Source: Octopus vulgaris (lineage: Eukaryota). Taken from it: 64,000 nucleotides of DNA. The notes beneath the pieces were generated by a model, which worked only from the letters and a program-made list of their open reading frames with translations, had not been told where the DNA came from and did no database searches. Position numbers and translations under genes: made by a program. The stretch is taken from assembly GCA_951406725.2 (NCBI GenBank), contig OX597831.1:68386001-68450000 (forward strand), read 5' to 3'. Each line of letters begins with the position of its first letter. The stretch's first letter is position 1. Shown here one piece after another: positions 1-11,873 of the stretch.

Positions 1-1216
1 CTCTGTATCTCAACACCACAAAGCAGTCGTGAGTGTCACCATCATTCACACAGTATCCTTTATTTCTATGTAAACATATCTGGCCAAGGCAAAATATTAC
101 TTTGCTTGGAAACGTGATGGTGGTTGGTAACAGGAAAGGTATCTGCCCATGGGAAATTTACCTCAACAAATTTTGTCACACTTATGCAAGCATGGAAAAT
201 GGGTGTAAAAATAATGTTTATGATTACAATAAAGGATTCAAAGTTCTGAGAAATCTAAAAGAGTATAATATGTTCATTATGTAGTTATGTTTCACTTCGT
301 TAATGGAAACTGTTGTGAACTTATGAATCAATTCCTCATTTCCCCCTGAATATAACATATAACGGTATATGCTGTTTCTGTTGATATACAATTAGGAAGA
401 AATGCTGTCTCTCTGTGGATATTTATGGAGATATGTAAATATAAATATATTGAACTGTAATCAGGCTGTATGTCCTGCTTTGGCAAAATATAATTGTAAT
501 GTGCATCCTTACAGATGGAGCTCTACTAACATGCATTACAAAAGAGAGGCATGGGAACTTCAGGGAAAAAAGAAAACAAACAAACTCACTCTCTAGAAAG
601 AAAATATACCTTGGGACTTATGCTACAATGAACAAATGCCTTTAAAAAAGTAGATGAAATGGTATGCCTGTCGTTCTGGTTGGAGAAATAGCCGGATAGA
701 GGAAAACTCAAATATCAGTAATAAATTCTTTGTGTCTACAATGAATGTGAACATGTTGCATACCCACTACATGAATATTTCAAAAATAAGCTACTTCAGA
801 AGGTCAAAAATATAAAATTTAATAAGAGTAGGAGCACATTCTGAACTGTACATGAAAGCATCTGACATTAAGTACTCAAAGTGATGGATTTACATTTTTG
901 GGACCTTGATGCTTGGAATTTTATTGGATCTCTTCACATCCAGCGCTGATAGGGCAACATCCAGCAAGGTATAAAAAGCCTTCCTATCTATGCAAGGACT
1001 TTGAAAATGAAGGCATGCAGCAATCTGCTTCCTATCAGCCACAGGCTCTGAATAACCAATGTTATCTTGTTCAATGTGTTTGTTGTATGACAGATCACAA
1101 AAAAATTTAAAAGTAAAATTTAGCCAGTACATTTAAAATTAAAATTTAAATTATTACACTAAACTATTTTCATGTAAAAGTCATTGGCATGAATTTTATT
1201 ATATATTTTATTATAT

Positions 1217-1452
1217 TTAAAGGCGGGGAGCTGGCAGAATCGATAGCACGCCGGGCGAAATGCGTAGCCGTATTTTGTCTGCTGTTACGTTCTGAGTTCA
1301 AATTCCGCTGAGGTCGACTTTGCCTTTCATCCTTTCGGGGTCGATAAATTAAGTACCAGTTACGCACTGGGGTCGATGTAATCGACTTAATCCGTTTGTC
1401 TGTCCTTGTTTGTCCCCTCTGTATTTAGCCCCTTGTGGGTAGTAAAGAAATA
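1217..1452 (+). mobile_element. tRNA-derived SINE, family A (full-length, young)
   Basis: Head GGCGGGGAGCTGGCAGAATCG (A-box-like) and GAGTTCAAATTCC (B-box); 17-bp target-site duplication TATATATTTTATTATAT at 1200-1216 and 1453-1469; near-identical copies elsewhere in the window. Confidence 0.9.
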
Positions 1453-2349
1453 TATATATTTTATTATATACTGTGTTGTTTTCGAGTTTGATGAGAATTT
1501 GGGGTTTTTTATAGACATGTTCATTGCATGAAAAACAGACGAAATAAAATACAGCAGAGACCAGAGTTAATATAATTTTTCATTTTAAATATTTGTGGAA
1601 ATACATACCACATGAATCACAATGCAAAATTTTGTTATATGAGAGGTATTTTTGCAACATAATTTTCTGGAGACAACATGGAAACAGAATACATTCTAAA
1701 GAGACTGGAAATTATTCTTTATAAAGAATTACTTTTACTTCTTTCCCTCTCCACCACTTACTTGTTTTCTTACTACTTCCTTCTCTAAATATTTATAAAT
1801 TACCTTGCCATATGTTTGACTTTGGACATTTGGTCTCTGTAACAGAATGCAATGAAATGTTCCCCTGCTGATTCATTGCAGTTAGGCATCCAAATATTCT
1901 TGGAATATCTAATGCCAGGGTTCCAAATATCTGCGCTAGTGAAATGGATGAATGGATGCAGGAATGTAATATTTATACTCTGTGAATAAAACTGAAACAC
2001 GAGTTGAATACTTTCATTCGGGTCTCCAAGTTAAGACTCAGGTTAAAATCTATGAAACAGAAGTGTTGCATGATGAATTAAAAACATTAAAAGAGATGTA
2101 CTTGAAGAATTCCTGCCATACTAATTGAGTTCCAAGTAATGGTTTATGAAAGCTGTGTTTTGCAAGTTGCTTAAATCAAAAATTAAACAGAATATTTCAG
2201 TACTTGTTTCATTTCTTACCTAAAATTTTTTTGTAGGCCACAAAACCTCATGCTTGCAGTTTAATTGAAGACAATTAGTATTCATTTGAAATGCTGTTAG
2301 ACTTTGTAGGTCATTGTCATAAAAAAAATCTATAGTACTCACTGAAATA

Positions 2350-2515
2350 TTGGTTTCAAATTTTGCTACAAGGCCAGCAATTTTAGGGGAGAGATGTTGA
2401 TTACATTGACCCCAGTGTTCAGCTGGTACTCATTTTATCAACCTCGAAAGGATGAAAAGCAAAGCTGACCTTGGCGGAATTTAAACTCAGAGAGTAAAGA
2501 TGGACAAAATGCTCA
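2350..2515 (-). mobile_element. Diverged family-A-related SINE (older subfamily, different 3' tail)
   Basis: GACCCCAGTG..CTGGTACT..GAAAGGATGAAAAGCAAAG..GGCGGAATTTAAACTCAG matches the reverse complement of the family A core. Confidence 0.7.
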
Positions 2516-3280
2516 CTGTAGTATTAGCATTTTATGTCATTTACTAGTTTAAAGTCGAAGTCCATTAATTAGGGTTGCTCTGTAGCTCATTTTAAATGGC
2601 AACTGAGAAAATATATTTATCATATATCTCCAGAATGCCTTAACCATATTAAAATTTTTTTATATTTGATGCTACATTTGATGTCATGAGTAGGCACATT
2701 GTCAAGTTTTTGGTGCTAAGGAGTGGGCCACAAATCTTTGTGGGATGACATTCTAATTTTAAGGCATAGTTTCAGATAAGAATGTTATCATAATTTCTTT
2801 TAAAGAAATTCATTGGGATAACATCAAAATTATATGATAATATAGTTTAATTACTAATATTTGACAGATCTTATAAGTAGGAAGAAGAGGTAAAAATGAA
2901 AGAAATGTTTTGAATTTAAAACAGAAAAAATATTTTAATTTGAATTTTGTACAATAAATTTTTAGCACAAATAACATAAACTAAAATTGTTATAAAGAAA
3001 AATAAAGAATTACGATTTATTATTCGTTTTAAAAAATAGTCATAAGGAAAGCGAAAGATTATTCAGTGCATTTTCTGATAGAGTTGATCTCGGCTATCTA
3101 ACAATTATGTAAAACGTGAAGAATTCTTATCTCTTGCCTAAAGTCAAACTCCTGGGAGGAACAGCTTCTGAAATAAAACAATTTAATATCAAACTGAATA
3201 ATGATTCATGCTTTGAGTAGGGCAAAATATACGTATGCATGTTTGTAAGCATTTATGTATGTATATATTTGTGTGCATGT

Positions 3281-3317
<37 letters not shown>

Positions 3318-3451
3318 TGTATGCATGTGTGTGTGAGTGTGTGTGTGTGCTTAACATCAGTAGAAAAAAGACAAATAAAAACATCCAAAAACCAAAACCT
3401 AAATACTGGTAATATATAAACTACTACTACTGCAGTTTCTGCTGCTACAGA

Positions 3452-3468
3452 TAATAATAATAATAATG

Positions 3469-3517
<49 letters not shown>

Positions 3518-3593
3518 GCACTGCACTTTCATTCTTTCATTCATAATAATAATAATAATAATAATAATAATAGCAAGCACTGCTCTTTCATTC

Positions 3594-3639
<46 letters not shown>
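3452..3639. repeat. (AAT)n microsatellite interrupted by two short retroposon 3'-end fragments
   Basis: Three AAT tracts separated by GCACTGC(A/T)CTTTCATTC, which matches the 3' end of the 3639-4198 element. Confidence 0.85.
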
Positions 3640-3642
<3 letters not shown>

Positions 3643-4198
3643 GCCCTGATGCAGTACCAAGCAGTGGCTCTCATGGCTTTTGATCTTAACTGATTGGAAG
3701 TGTTATCATGTACATTGTTTTGTCTCGGTATAAAAGGATGGGCTACATCAAATATACTGCTCAATACCACAGATTTGCTTGTCAGTTGTTTGACCATAAC
3801 CAGTTGACCATGTCCCTTAGTGGCTGACGATATGGGCATCTCTGATCACGAGCAGAAGTAGTGGGGGAGCATGAAAGCCATGTGTTGAGAGAGAATGTTT
3901 GGGGTTTGTATAATTCACCTCTGGAAACATGAATGTTTCGTTCAACATCCTTAAACAACCCTTATTCAGGGACCTTTTGGACGGGATGGGTTACTCAACC
4001 AGAAGAAAATTCTAACTGGGCCCCACCTGCAAGGTCATGCCCTGTTTATTTTGATATGAGATCACCAATTTGTGCACATATGTTTGTGATACATGTGCCT
4101 GGTGTACCCTTATCAGACGGGTAGTAATGATGGGTATACTGGGCTTCGTATATTTTACCCTAGTGTCACTTTGATGGCATGAACTGCTCTCTCACACA
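3639..4198 (+). mobile_element. Unclassified non-coding retroposon bounded by (AAT)n, copy 1
   Basis: About 560 bp between AAT tracts; its 3' ~450 bp is repeated, diverged, at 4213-4665; no ORF. Confidence 0.7.
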
Positions 4199-4212
4199 AT
4201 AATAATAATAAT

Positions 4213-4665
4213 AGGGCTACAGCAAATATTCTTCTCAATATCATATATTTGCTTGTCATTTACTTGAGCTTCAACAGTTGAACATGTCCCTTAGTGGCTG
4301 ACAATGTGTGCATTTCTGATCATGAGCAGGAGTAGTTGGTGGGCATCATAGCCAAGTGTTAAGTGGAATTCTTTGGGTTTTGAATAATCCATCTCTGGAA
4401 ACATGGGCATTTTGTTCATCATCTTTAAACCTTATTCAGGGACCTTTTGAGCAGGATCGGTTACTCAATCTGAAAAAAATTCTAACTAGGTCCCACCTGC
4501 AAGGTCCTGTGCTGTTTATCTTGATATAGATCACCATGTTACACACATGGTTGTGATGCATGTTCCTGGTGTACCCTTATCAGACAGGTAATCATTGTGG
4601 ATATATCGGGCTTCATATATTTGTAGCCCAGTGTCACTTTGATGGCAAGTATTGCTCTCTTAACC
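4213..4665 (+). mobile_element. Same unclassified retroposon, 5'-truncated diverged copy 2
   Basis: Colinear with 3741-4198 (shared CATGTCCCTTAGTGGCTGAC, CTTATTCAGGGACCTTTTG, GGTGTACCCTTATCAGAC, GTGTCACTTTGATGGCA). Confidence 0.75.
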
Positions 4666-4744
4666 AGTGATGATGATGGTGGTGGTGGTGGTGGTGGTGG
4701 TGGTGGTGGTGTTGGTGTTGGTGGTGGTGATGATGATATTTTCT

Positions 4745-5560
4745 AAGCTGAAAAGAAAGCCTGAAAAATCTTATAAACAAATGGCAATATTGACCGCTCC
4801 ATGGTCAATATCCCAAATGAACAAGGGAAGCAGACAGATAAAGAAAGAATACATTAGTGCTTGCTCAGTTCAGGTCTAAAGGCAGAAACTGAGGGTTTTA
4901 TAAGGGCAACCCAGGATCAATCTCTCCTCGCAACAAGCTACCAAGCAAATATTCTTCACAATGGTACTGACCCACACTGTAGAACTGAAACTATTGACCA
5001 CATTGTGGCTGGCTGCTTTAAACTTGCAGGAACCAAGTCCAAAACCAGATATGACCGAATAGAGCAGTATCAGCATTCGAATGGCTGTTATCATTATGAT
5101 ATTCCCCTTCCTAAAAACTGGTTTGAATACCACCCAAAACCAGTCACTGAAGGAAAAAGGGTTTCTGCTGTGTGGCACTTTGCCTTCCATACTGACAGAC
5201 AGATATATGCCAACAGATATACACCAGTAGACCTGATATTTTTATCGGATATCATCAACAAAATGCCTGCCATCTAATAGATATGACAGTACCAGCTGTC
5301 TGAAATATCTTAGTCAAATAATTAAAAAAGTTAGCTAAATACAAAGATCTAGAGATAGAAATGAGCAGAATGTGGAAACTGTTACTCTATTGGTAGTAGC
5401 AGAAGTACTAGGTATGGTTAAAAGTGTGTTTTCAACCTCCACCCATAAATTGCCTTGAAAATCAAATACACACAGTGTCCAGAATATTGTACTAACCTCA
5501 AAAGCTCTGAGACCCAACTAGTAAATAAAATGCCCTAAACACATGCTAAAATACAATAAT
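4745..5560 (+). pseudogene. R4/Dong-clade non-LTR retrotransposon 3' remnant (zinc knuckle + restriction-like endonuclease)
   Basis: Translations PLHGQYP, GLKAETEGFIRATQDQ, ETIDHIVAGC, WFEYHPKPV, TDRQIYANR..PVD and KLAKYKDLEIEMSRMWK match the R4/Dong C-terminus; contains frameshifts and stops. Confidence 0.85.
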
Positions 5561-5561
5561 A

Positions 5562-5773
5562 CTTTCTAATATAGGTATAAGACCTGAAATATTGAAGGCG
5601 GGGGTGGGGGTCTAGTCAACTACCCCAACGCTCAACTAGTACTTATTTCCCTGGCCCTGAAAGGAGGTGAGGCAAAGTCAACCTCAGTGGAATTTGACCT
5701 CAAAACATAAAAATGGGCAAAATTCTATGAAGTATATTCTCCAGCATGCTAACAATTCTACCAGCTCTCCACC

Positions 5774-5775
<2 letters not shown>
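5562..5775 (-). mobile_element. Diverged family-A-related SINE
   Basis: GGCAAAGTCAACCTCAGTGGAATTTGA..GCTAACAATTCTACCAGCTCTCCACCTT is the reverse complement of the family A head. Confidence 0.7.
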
Positions 5776-5806
<31 letters not shown>

Positions 5807-5808
<2 letters not shown>

Positions 5809-8800
5809 CATCATCATCATTTAGCGTCCGCTTTCCATGCTAGCATGGGTTGGACGGTTCAATTGGGGTCTGTGAAGCCGGAAGGCCGCATCAGGCCCAG
5901 TCTGATCTGGCAGTGTTTCTATGGCTGGATGCCCTTCCTAACGCCAAGGTTAGTGGGTGCTTTTTACGTGCCACCCGCACAGGTGCCAGATGGAGCTGGC
6001 AAACGGCCACGAACGGATGGTGCTTTTACGTGCCACCGGCACGGGGGCCAGGCGAGGCTGGCAACGGACACGAACGGATGGTGCTTTTACATGCCACCGG
6101 CACGGAGGCCAGACAGGGCGGCGCCAGCAACGGCCACGATCGGATGGTTCGCTTAACCAGAGCTGCAATTTCCACTGATGTTGATCGACCTCAATTTTGG
6201 TTCTGCTTTCTGATATCTGATTTGATTTGGTTTGATTTTGATTTTGACTGTTCTCACTGGTCTTGCCGGGTCTTCTCACGCACAGCATACTTCCATAGGT
6301 CTCGGTCTCTCGTCATTTCCTTGGTGAGACCTAAAGTTCGAAGGTTGTGCCTCACCACCTCGTCCCAGGTTTTCCTGGGTCTACCTCTTACACAGGTTCA
6401 CTCAACTGCCAGGGTGTGGCACTTTCGCACACAACTATCTTCAGCCATTCTCGTCACATGACCATACCAGCACAAACGTCTCTCTTGCACACAACAACTG
6501 ATGCTTCTTAGGTCCAACTTTTCTCTCAAGGTACTTACACTCTGTCGATTCTGAACACTGACATTACACATCCATTGGAGCATACTAGCTTCATTTCTTG
6601 CGAGCTTACGCAAATCCTCAGCAGTCACAGCCCAGGTTTCACTACCATGTAGCATGGCTGTACGTTCTCATGCATCATACAGTCTGCCTTTTACTTTGAG
6701 CGAGAGGCCTTTTGTCACCAGCAGGGGTAAGAGCTCTCTAAACTTTGCCCAGGCTATTCTTACTCTAGCAGTTACACTTTCAGCACACCCGCCCCTGCTA
6801 CTGACTTGGTCACCAAGGTAGCGGAAGCTATCGACTACTTCTAGTTTTTCTCCCTTGAACGTGGTAGAAGTTGGTCTCTGCAAATTTTCAGAGTTTATTG
6901 CTCCTGAGCATCTGCCACAGATAAAAACTATTTTCCTAGTTAGTTTTCCTTTGACATTACTACATCTTTTATGTGTCCATAGCTTACATTTGGTGCATCT
7001 TATAGAGTTTCTACCTACGCCTTTTTTACAGATTGAGCAGGGCCATCTACCTGAAGGCGTTTGTGATTGGTCTACCTTTCTACTTATTAGGACTTTGGTT
7101 TTGGATAGGTTGATTCTAAGGCCCTTCGATTCTAAACCTTGCTTCCACACCTGAAACTTCTCCAGTTCTGATAGAGACTCAGCAATTAGAGCAAGGTCAT
7201 CAGCATAGAGGAGCTCCCAGGAGCATCCTGTCTTGAATTCCTCCGTTATTGCCTGGAGGACTATGATAAATAGGAGGGGACTCAGGACTGAACCTTGGTG
7301 GACTCCAACCCCTACCCGGAATTCTTCACTGTACTCGATGCCAACCTTCACCTTACTAGCAGCGTCTCTGTACATAGCTCGTACAGCTCTCACTAACCAT
7401 TCATCTATCCCTAGTTTCCTCATTGACCACCAGATAAGGGATCGAGGGACCCTGTCGAAGGCTTTCTCCATATCAACAAAAGCCAGGTATAGGGGCTTGC
7501 CTTTGGCTAGGTATTTCTCCTGCAGCTGTCTTACCAGGAATATAGCATCAGTAGTACTTTTTCCTGGCACGAACCCAAACTGCATCTCATCTAAGCTAAC
7601 TCTCTCTCTAATTAGTTGGGCTATAACCCTCTCCGTGACCTTCATTACCTGATCCAGCAGCTTGATACCCCTGTAGTTATTTGTATCTAGAGCGTCACCT
7701 TTACCTTTGTAGCAGTTAAATATTATGCTGCTACACCAGTCATTGGGTATGACTCCTTCGTGTATCACCTGGTTTACTATACGGGTGACTAGGCTATAGC
7801 CAACACTACCAGATATTTTAAGCAACTCTGCAGTAATTCCTGATGGGCCTGGGGCTTTCTCTGTCTTCATGCTTCTAATTGCCTTAACTACCAAGGAACT
7901 GTCAACTCGGATAGCTGGTCCCTCTGTTGGGTCGACATTCGGCAGACTCTCTTCATCCCATTCATTTTCTTTATTCAGCAACCTTTCATAGTGGCATCTC
8001 CAAACCTCTCTCTTTGCATCCTCATTTAGCGCAAGTGAGCCGTCATCCATGCGAACACATTTCTCTCCTACCACGTCACGATTCTCTCTCACACACTGTC
8101 TTGCAATACGAAATACCTCAAGTCTTTCATCCTCATGGCGCAGGACATTGGCAAATTTTTTTTTATCTGCTTCCTCTCTGGCTAAATACACCTGCCTCCT
8201 AGCTTCCCTTCTTGCAGTCTGATACACTTCCCTGCTACCACCGTTCTTCCAGTCCTTCCAAGCCTGTTTCTTTTGTCTAATAGCCCTGTCAACAATATTG
8301 TTCCACCGCCACGTTATTTTGGGTCTTGAGGGGACTTTGCACCAGCCACAGATCTGGTCAGTGGCTTTCAGCAGGCTGTCCCTTAGAAGCGCCCAGTTAT
8401 CTTCTACCCCAGGTGTAGCTATACCCCCTTCTATTTCGTCGAAGGCTTCAAGTAACATGTCTCTAAATCTCTGTCCATTTGCAGGGTCTTTAAGCTTCCA
8501 TACCCTTCTTCTCCATGTTGGTCGTCTTCTAGTCGTCCTCTTAGTCCTGATCCTAAAGTCACTGACTACCAGTCTATGTTGTGGGGTACATTCTTCGCCT
8601 GGAAAGGTTTTGGCATTTATAAGCAGCCATCTTTCCCTTTTTCTGGCAAGGATGTAGTCGATTTGGCTAGTATGCCTGCCCGAACGGTAGGTGACCAAGT
8701 GACTTGTCGGTTTCCTGAAGTTAGTGTTGCAAACCATAAGACTATTTGCATCACAGAACTCCAGCAGCCTGGTTACCTCCTCGTTGCGGGAACCATAACC

Positions 8801-9570
8801 ATAGCCTCCATGAATGCCATGGAAGCCCTCAGCATATCGTCCAACATGCCCATTGAAGTCACCAGCCACAAAGAGAAGGTCCCTGTCGTTCGTCAATGAG
8901 GTGGTCTGCAGTAGTGTGTCATAGAAACGGTCTTTCTGTCCATCGGGTAGCCCTGGCTGAGGGGCATAGGCCGATATAATAGTTGCTAAACTATGATGGA
9001 GCACTAATCTAATCTTCAGTATTCTGTCACATACTCTGACTACCTCGATTACCTTATCTACCCATTTTTCGGCAATAAGCATACCCACTCCCCCGACCCC
9101 TTCAGTATTCCCAGCCCAGAAAATCTTGTACCTCTGTCCTTTACCTGTGAGGAACCTAGCAGAACCTCCTCTCCACCTCACCTCTTGAATACAGCATATA
9201 TCTACACACCTCCGTTCAAGCAATTCAACGATCTCGCCAGATCTGCCTATCAGTGTGCCAACGTTGAGGGTGCCAACCCTGAGGGAGTGGGAGGCATTGG
9301 ACCTAGTAGCATCATGAACCTGAAAAGAAAACTCGCGTTTGGCAGGATTCATAGACATACAATAAAAGTCAAGTTCAAACTGCGTATGTTACACTAACAT
9401 ATCTTGTAATGAATGACCACTACCTTTTATGGAAGGAGGTGCAGGTGGCGTAAGACTTTGAAGTGAGCATGGGAGACAACAGGGATGAGAAAATTTAGGA
9501 CTTCCTGTAGCGGTGGGGGTGGCGTAAGACTTTGAAGTGTACATGGGAGACAACAAGTATGAAAAATTTA
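5807..9570 (-). mobile_element. Near-full-length RTE-clade LINE
   Basis: Single APE+RT ORF, a 3'UTR with tandem repeats ending in a (GAT)n tail at ~5807-5820, and (AAT)n on both flanks (5776-5807; 9569-9607). Confidence 0.95.
6254..9358 (-). pseudogene. RTE LINE ORF: APE endonuclease + reverse transcriptase + PHD finger; two in-frame TGA stops (6668-6670, 6398-6400)
   Basis: APE motifs TLNVGTL, CIQEVRW, AYAPQ, GDFNGHVG, SQIDYIL, QHRLVV; RT motifs APGPSGI, NYRGIKLL, QFGFVPGKST, FVDMEKAFDRV, GVHQGSVLSPLLF, LLYADDL, FRYLG. The same frame continues past both stops (LHGSETW, RRLCWYGHV, RGRPRKTW) to a TGA at 6254-6256. Confidence 0.95.
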
Positions 9571-9607
9571 ATAATAATAATAATAATAATAATAATATTG
9601 ATAATAA

Positions 9608-9965
9608 TCTTTTCTGTTAAAGGGACAAGGCCTGAAATTTGGGAGGAGGGGACTAGTTGATTATATCAACCCCAGTTTTTCACTGGTACTTAATTTATTG
9701 ACTCCAAATGGATGAGAGACAATGTTTACCTTAGTAGAATTTGAACTCAGAACGTAGTGATGGGTGAAATAGCACTAAGCATTCAGCTCTCTGCTTTAAT
9801 AATAATAATATTGGCTTCAAATTATTGGTACAAGGCTAGAAATTTTGTGGAGGGAGTAAGTTGATGATATCAACCTCAGTACTTAACTGGTACTTGTTTT
9901 ATCAACTTCTGAAAGAATGAAAGTCGACCTCTGCAGAATTTAAACTCAGAATGTAAAGACAGATG
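9608..9965 (-). mobile_element. Two tandem diverged family-A-related SINEs separated by (AAT)n
   Basis: Both carry ATCAACC(C/T)CAGT..ACTGGTACTT..AGAATTT(G/A)AACTCAGAA, the reverse complement of the B-box core. Confidence 0.7.
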
Positions 9966-10189
9966 TGAAAGCTGGATGAAGTGGTTGTGAATAAAGAGGG
10001 GGAAAATCCTGTTTAATCATAGGTATTGCATTATCTGGTGATAGCAGAGTATCAGAAAGTGAAGAGAAGTAGGTCAGAAATAATGATTAGAAGTAGGTGA
10101 TGAAAAGACTGTGGTCATTGGGGAAGGTGAGTGTTGAACCTATTGTTGTTGAGAAGTATAAGTTGCAAGTTCACAAGCTGGATTGAAAA

Positions 10190-10340
10190 GATGGGATAAA
10201 TGAAGCATCTTCAGAAAACACTGTTGCTTCAAAGTGTATGAATCCTCTGCAAAGTTCTCAAAAGCTGAATGAAAATCTGCTGATTGAAGACAACTGACAC
10301 TGTTACATTCTCCAGTGAAGTAATTGTGATAAACAACAAT
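10190..10340 (-). pseudogene. Possible hAT transposase C-terminal (dimerisation domain) fossil
   Basis: Frameshifted S(A)..SFS..LQRIHTL..SVSED resembles the hAT SAERSFS.L.R..T.LR motif; very degenerate. Confidence 0.3.
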
Positions 10341-10739
10341 AATTATAGAGAAGACAGTGTCAGTATTTTTTTTTAGATTGTCTCTGGAAAATGAGTTAGT
10401 AAAATCAAATCTTCTAAACAACATATTTGATGTTTATATAAACATTAAATTTAAGTGCAGGTATTCACATATTAAGATGCAATTGATTCTAGGGTTGTTC
10501 CATGATCAAAACTGCATTTGTTTTATAAAGATCCATCACTGAAAGTACAAATGCATTTGGACTAGATCTGGAAGCCAGACTATATAAATACACTTAGACA
10601 TAAACAATTGCTATTGAATGAGCAAACATAAACAAAATTACACATTACAATCACATATTAATAACCTGACATATTCTACTCCTTCTTCAAGCAACTGCAA
10701 TGCCATGCTATACCAGGAATCTTTGTCTTGCATTAGATT

Positions 10740-11290
10740 TGTAGTTCCTTAATTTCATGAAGTATCTTTCCCCATAACATCATCATAGTTAAGTAGTCTT
10801 CATTGTATTTTAGGGTGTTGAAATGCCCACAGTATTACATCTGTTAAGGCCTGGTGTTCAGCACAGTAGTAACAACCAGCAAAACCTACCTTGTGCTGAG
10901 CAACAAGAGAAAAGACGAGTGGAATACACCCATAAACCTTTTATTTGATGTTTTGGTTATACTGTGAGATATTCTAAGTCCTCATAAGAAGCCTGGTGTA
11001 CATAATAACATCAAGGCAATCGTGAAAGTCCTTCATAGTCCAGGTTTCAGCTCCATAAAAAGCAATTTCCATGAGTATAATTTAAACTGCATTCCGTGCC
11101 AAGGTCCAAGTTTAGGAAGCCCTACATTCAAGTCTGTTATGATTCAAAACAGCAATGTCTGCAAGGGTTACAGACTAAATTGCATTACCATATTGCTTTG
11201 ATCCAACGTAGGGTCTTGGATTTGGTAGTAACCCGTAACCAGCTACGATCAAATAGTGACTGCTGCTTTGCAGTGAATACATACATAGCC
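10740..11290 (-). pseudogene. Ancient RTE-type LINE C-terminal remnant
   Basis: Minus strand near 11035-11065 reads YGAETWTMK (RTE C-terminal motif); the rest is heavily decayed. Confidence 0.55.
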
Positions 11291-11873
11291 TAATCCTCAC
11301 ACACACTAACTATGACTTGTACTCATACAATACAATTCTGCTCACATACACATAACACAACGCAATGATATAAGTAAACATGCTAAAATACTAATATTTA
11401 CCCAATATACAAAGCCCACACATGCACCAATGAAATACATCTGACACAGGCAAATATTCTGAGATACCAACTTGCAATCAATCATTTATACATTATAAGC
11501 ACACACATGTACAAACAAACACATTTGCACTGAAGACACACCAAATCGTCTACAAACATACACACTCTAAGAATTATGTCAATTCATAAACACATGCATA
11601 CTCAAATGCTATAGAAACATACCAAAGTGATTAAGCTGAATAAAACAGTGCACACACAACTAACAAAATTCATACATGTTCAAATATGCAAAACAAATAA
11701 TCTACAAACACACATTCTAATAGCCATATCAGTGTTCCCTACACATGCACACAAACATTCATATGCATGCTAAAATATGAATTTAGTTGCTATCTCTAGC
11801 TCTTGAATTTCAAAAGCATAACTTTTGTGATATGATATATAATGGTCACAGGCCCAAGACGTGCTTCTTAATA

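Noticed and set aside
1800-2000. Minus-strand ORF ending at an AAG|GTAAT donor-like site (also 890-1132 and 54941-55159)
   Set aside because: No recognisable protein, and it cannot be linked to other exons from sequence alone.
6668-6670. In-frame TGA at a probable Cys position as possible selenocysteine
   Set aside because: No SECIS recognised, the second TGA replaces a probable Gly, and simple nonsense mutation explains both.
6855-8899. Plus-strand ORFs overlapping the LINE
   Set aside because: Antisense shadows of the RT ORF with no recognisable motifs.
9320-9424. Possible intron in the LINE 5' region (minus strand AG|GTAGTG ... TTTTCTTTTCAG|G)
   Set aside because: Weak donor, the upstream in-phase frame has a TAA, and a retrotransposed copy would usually have lost it.
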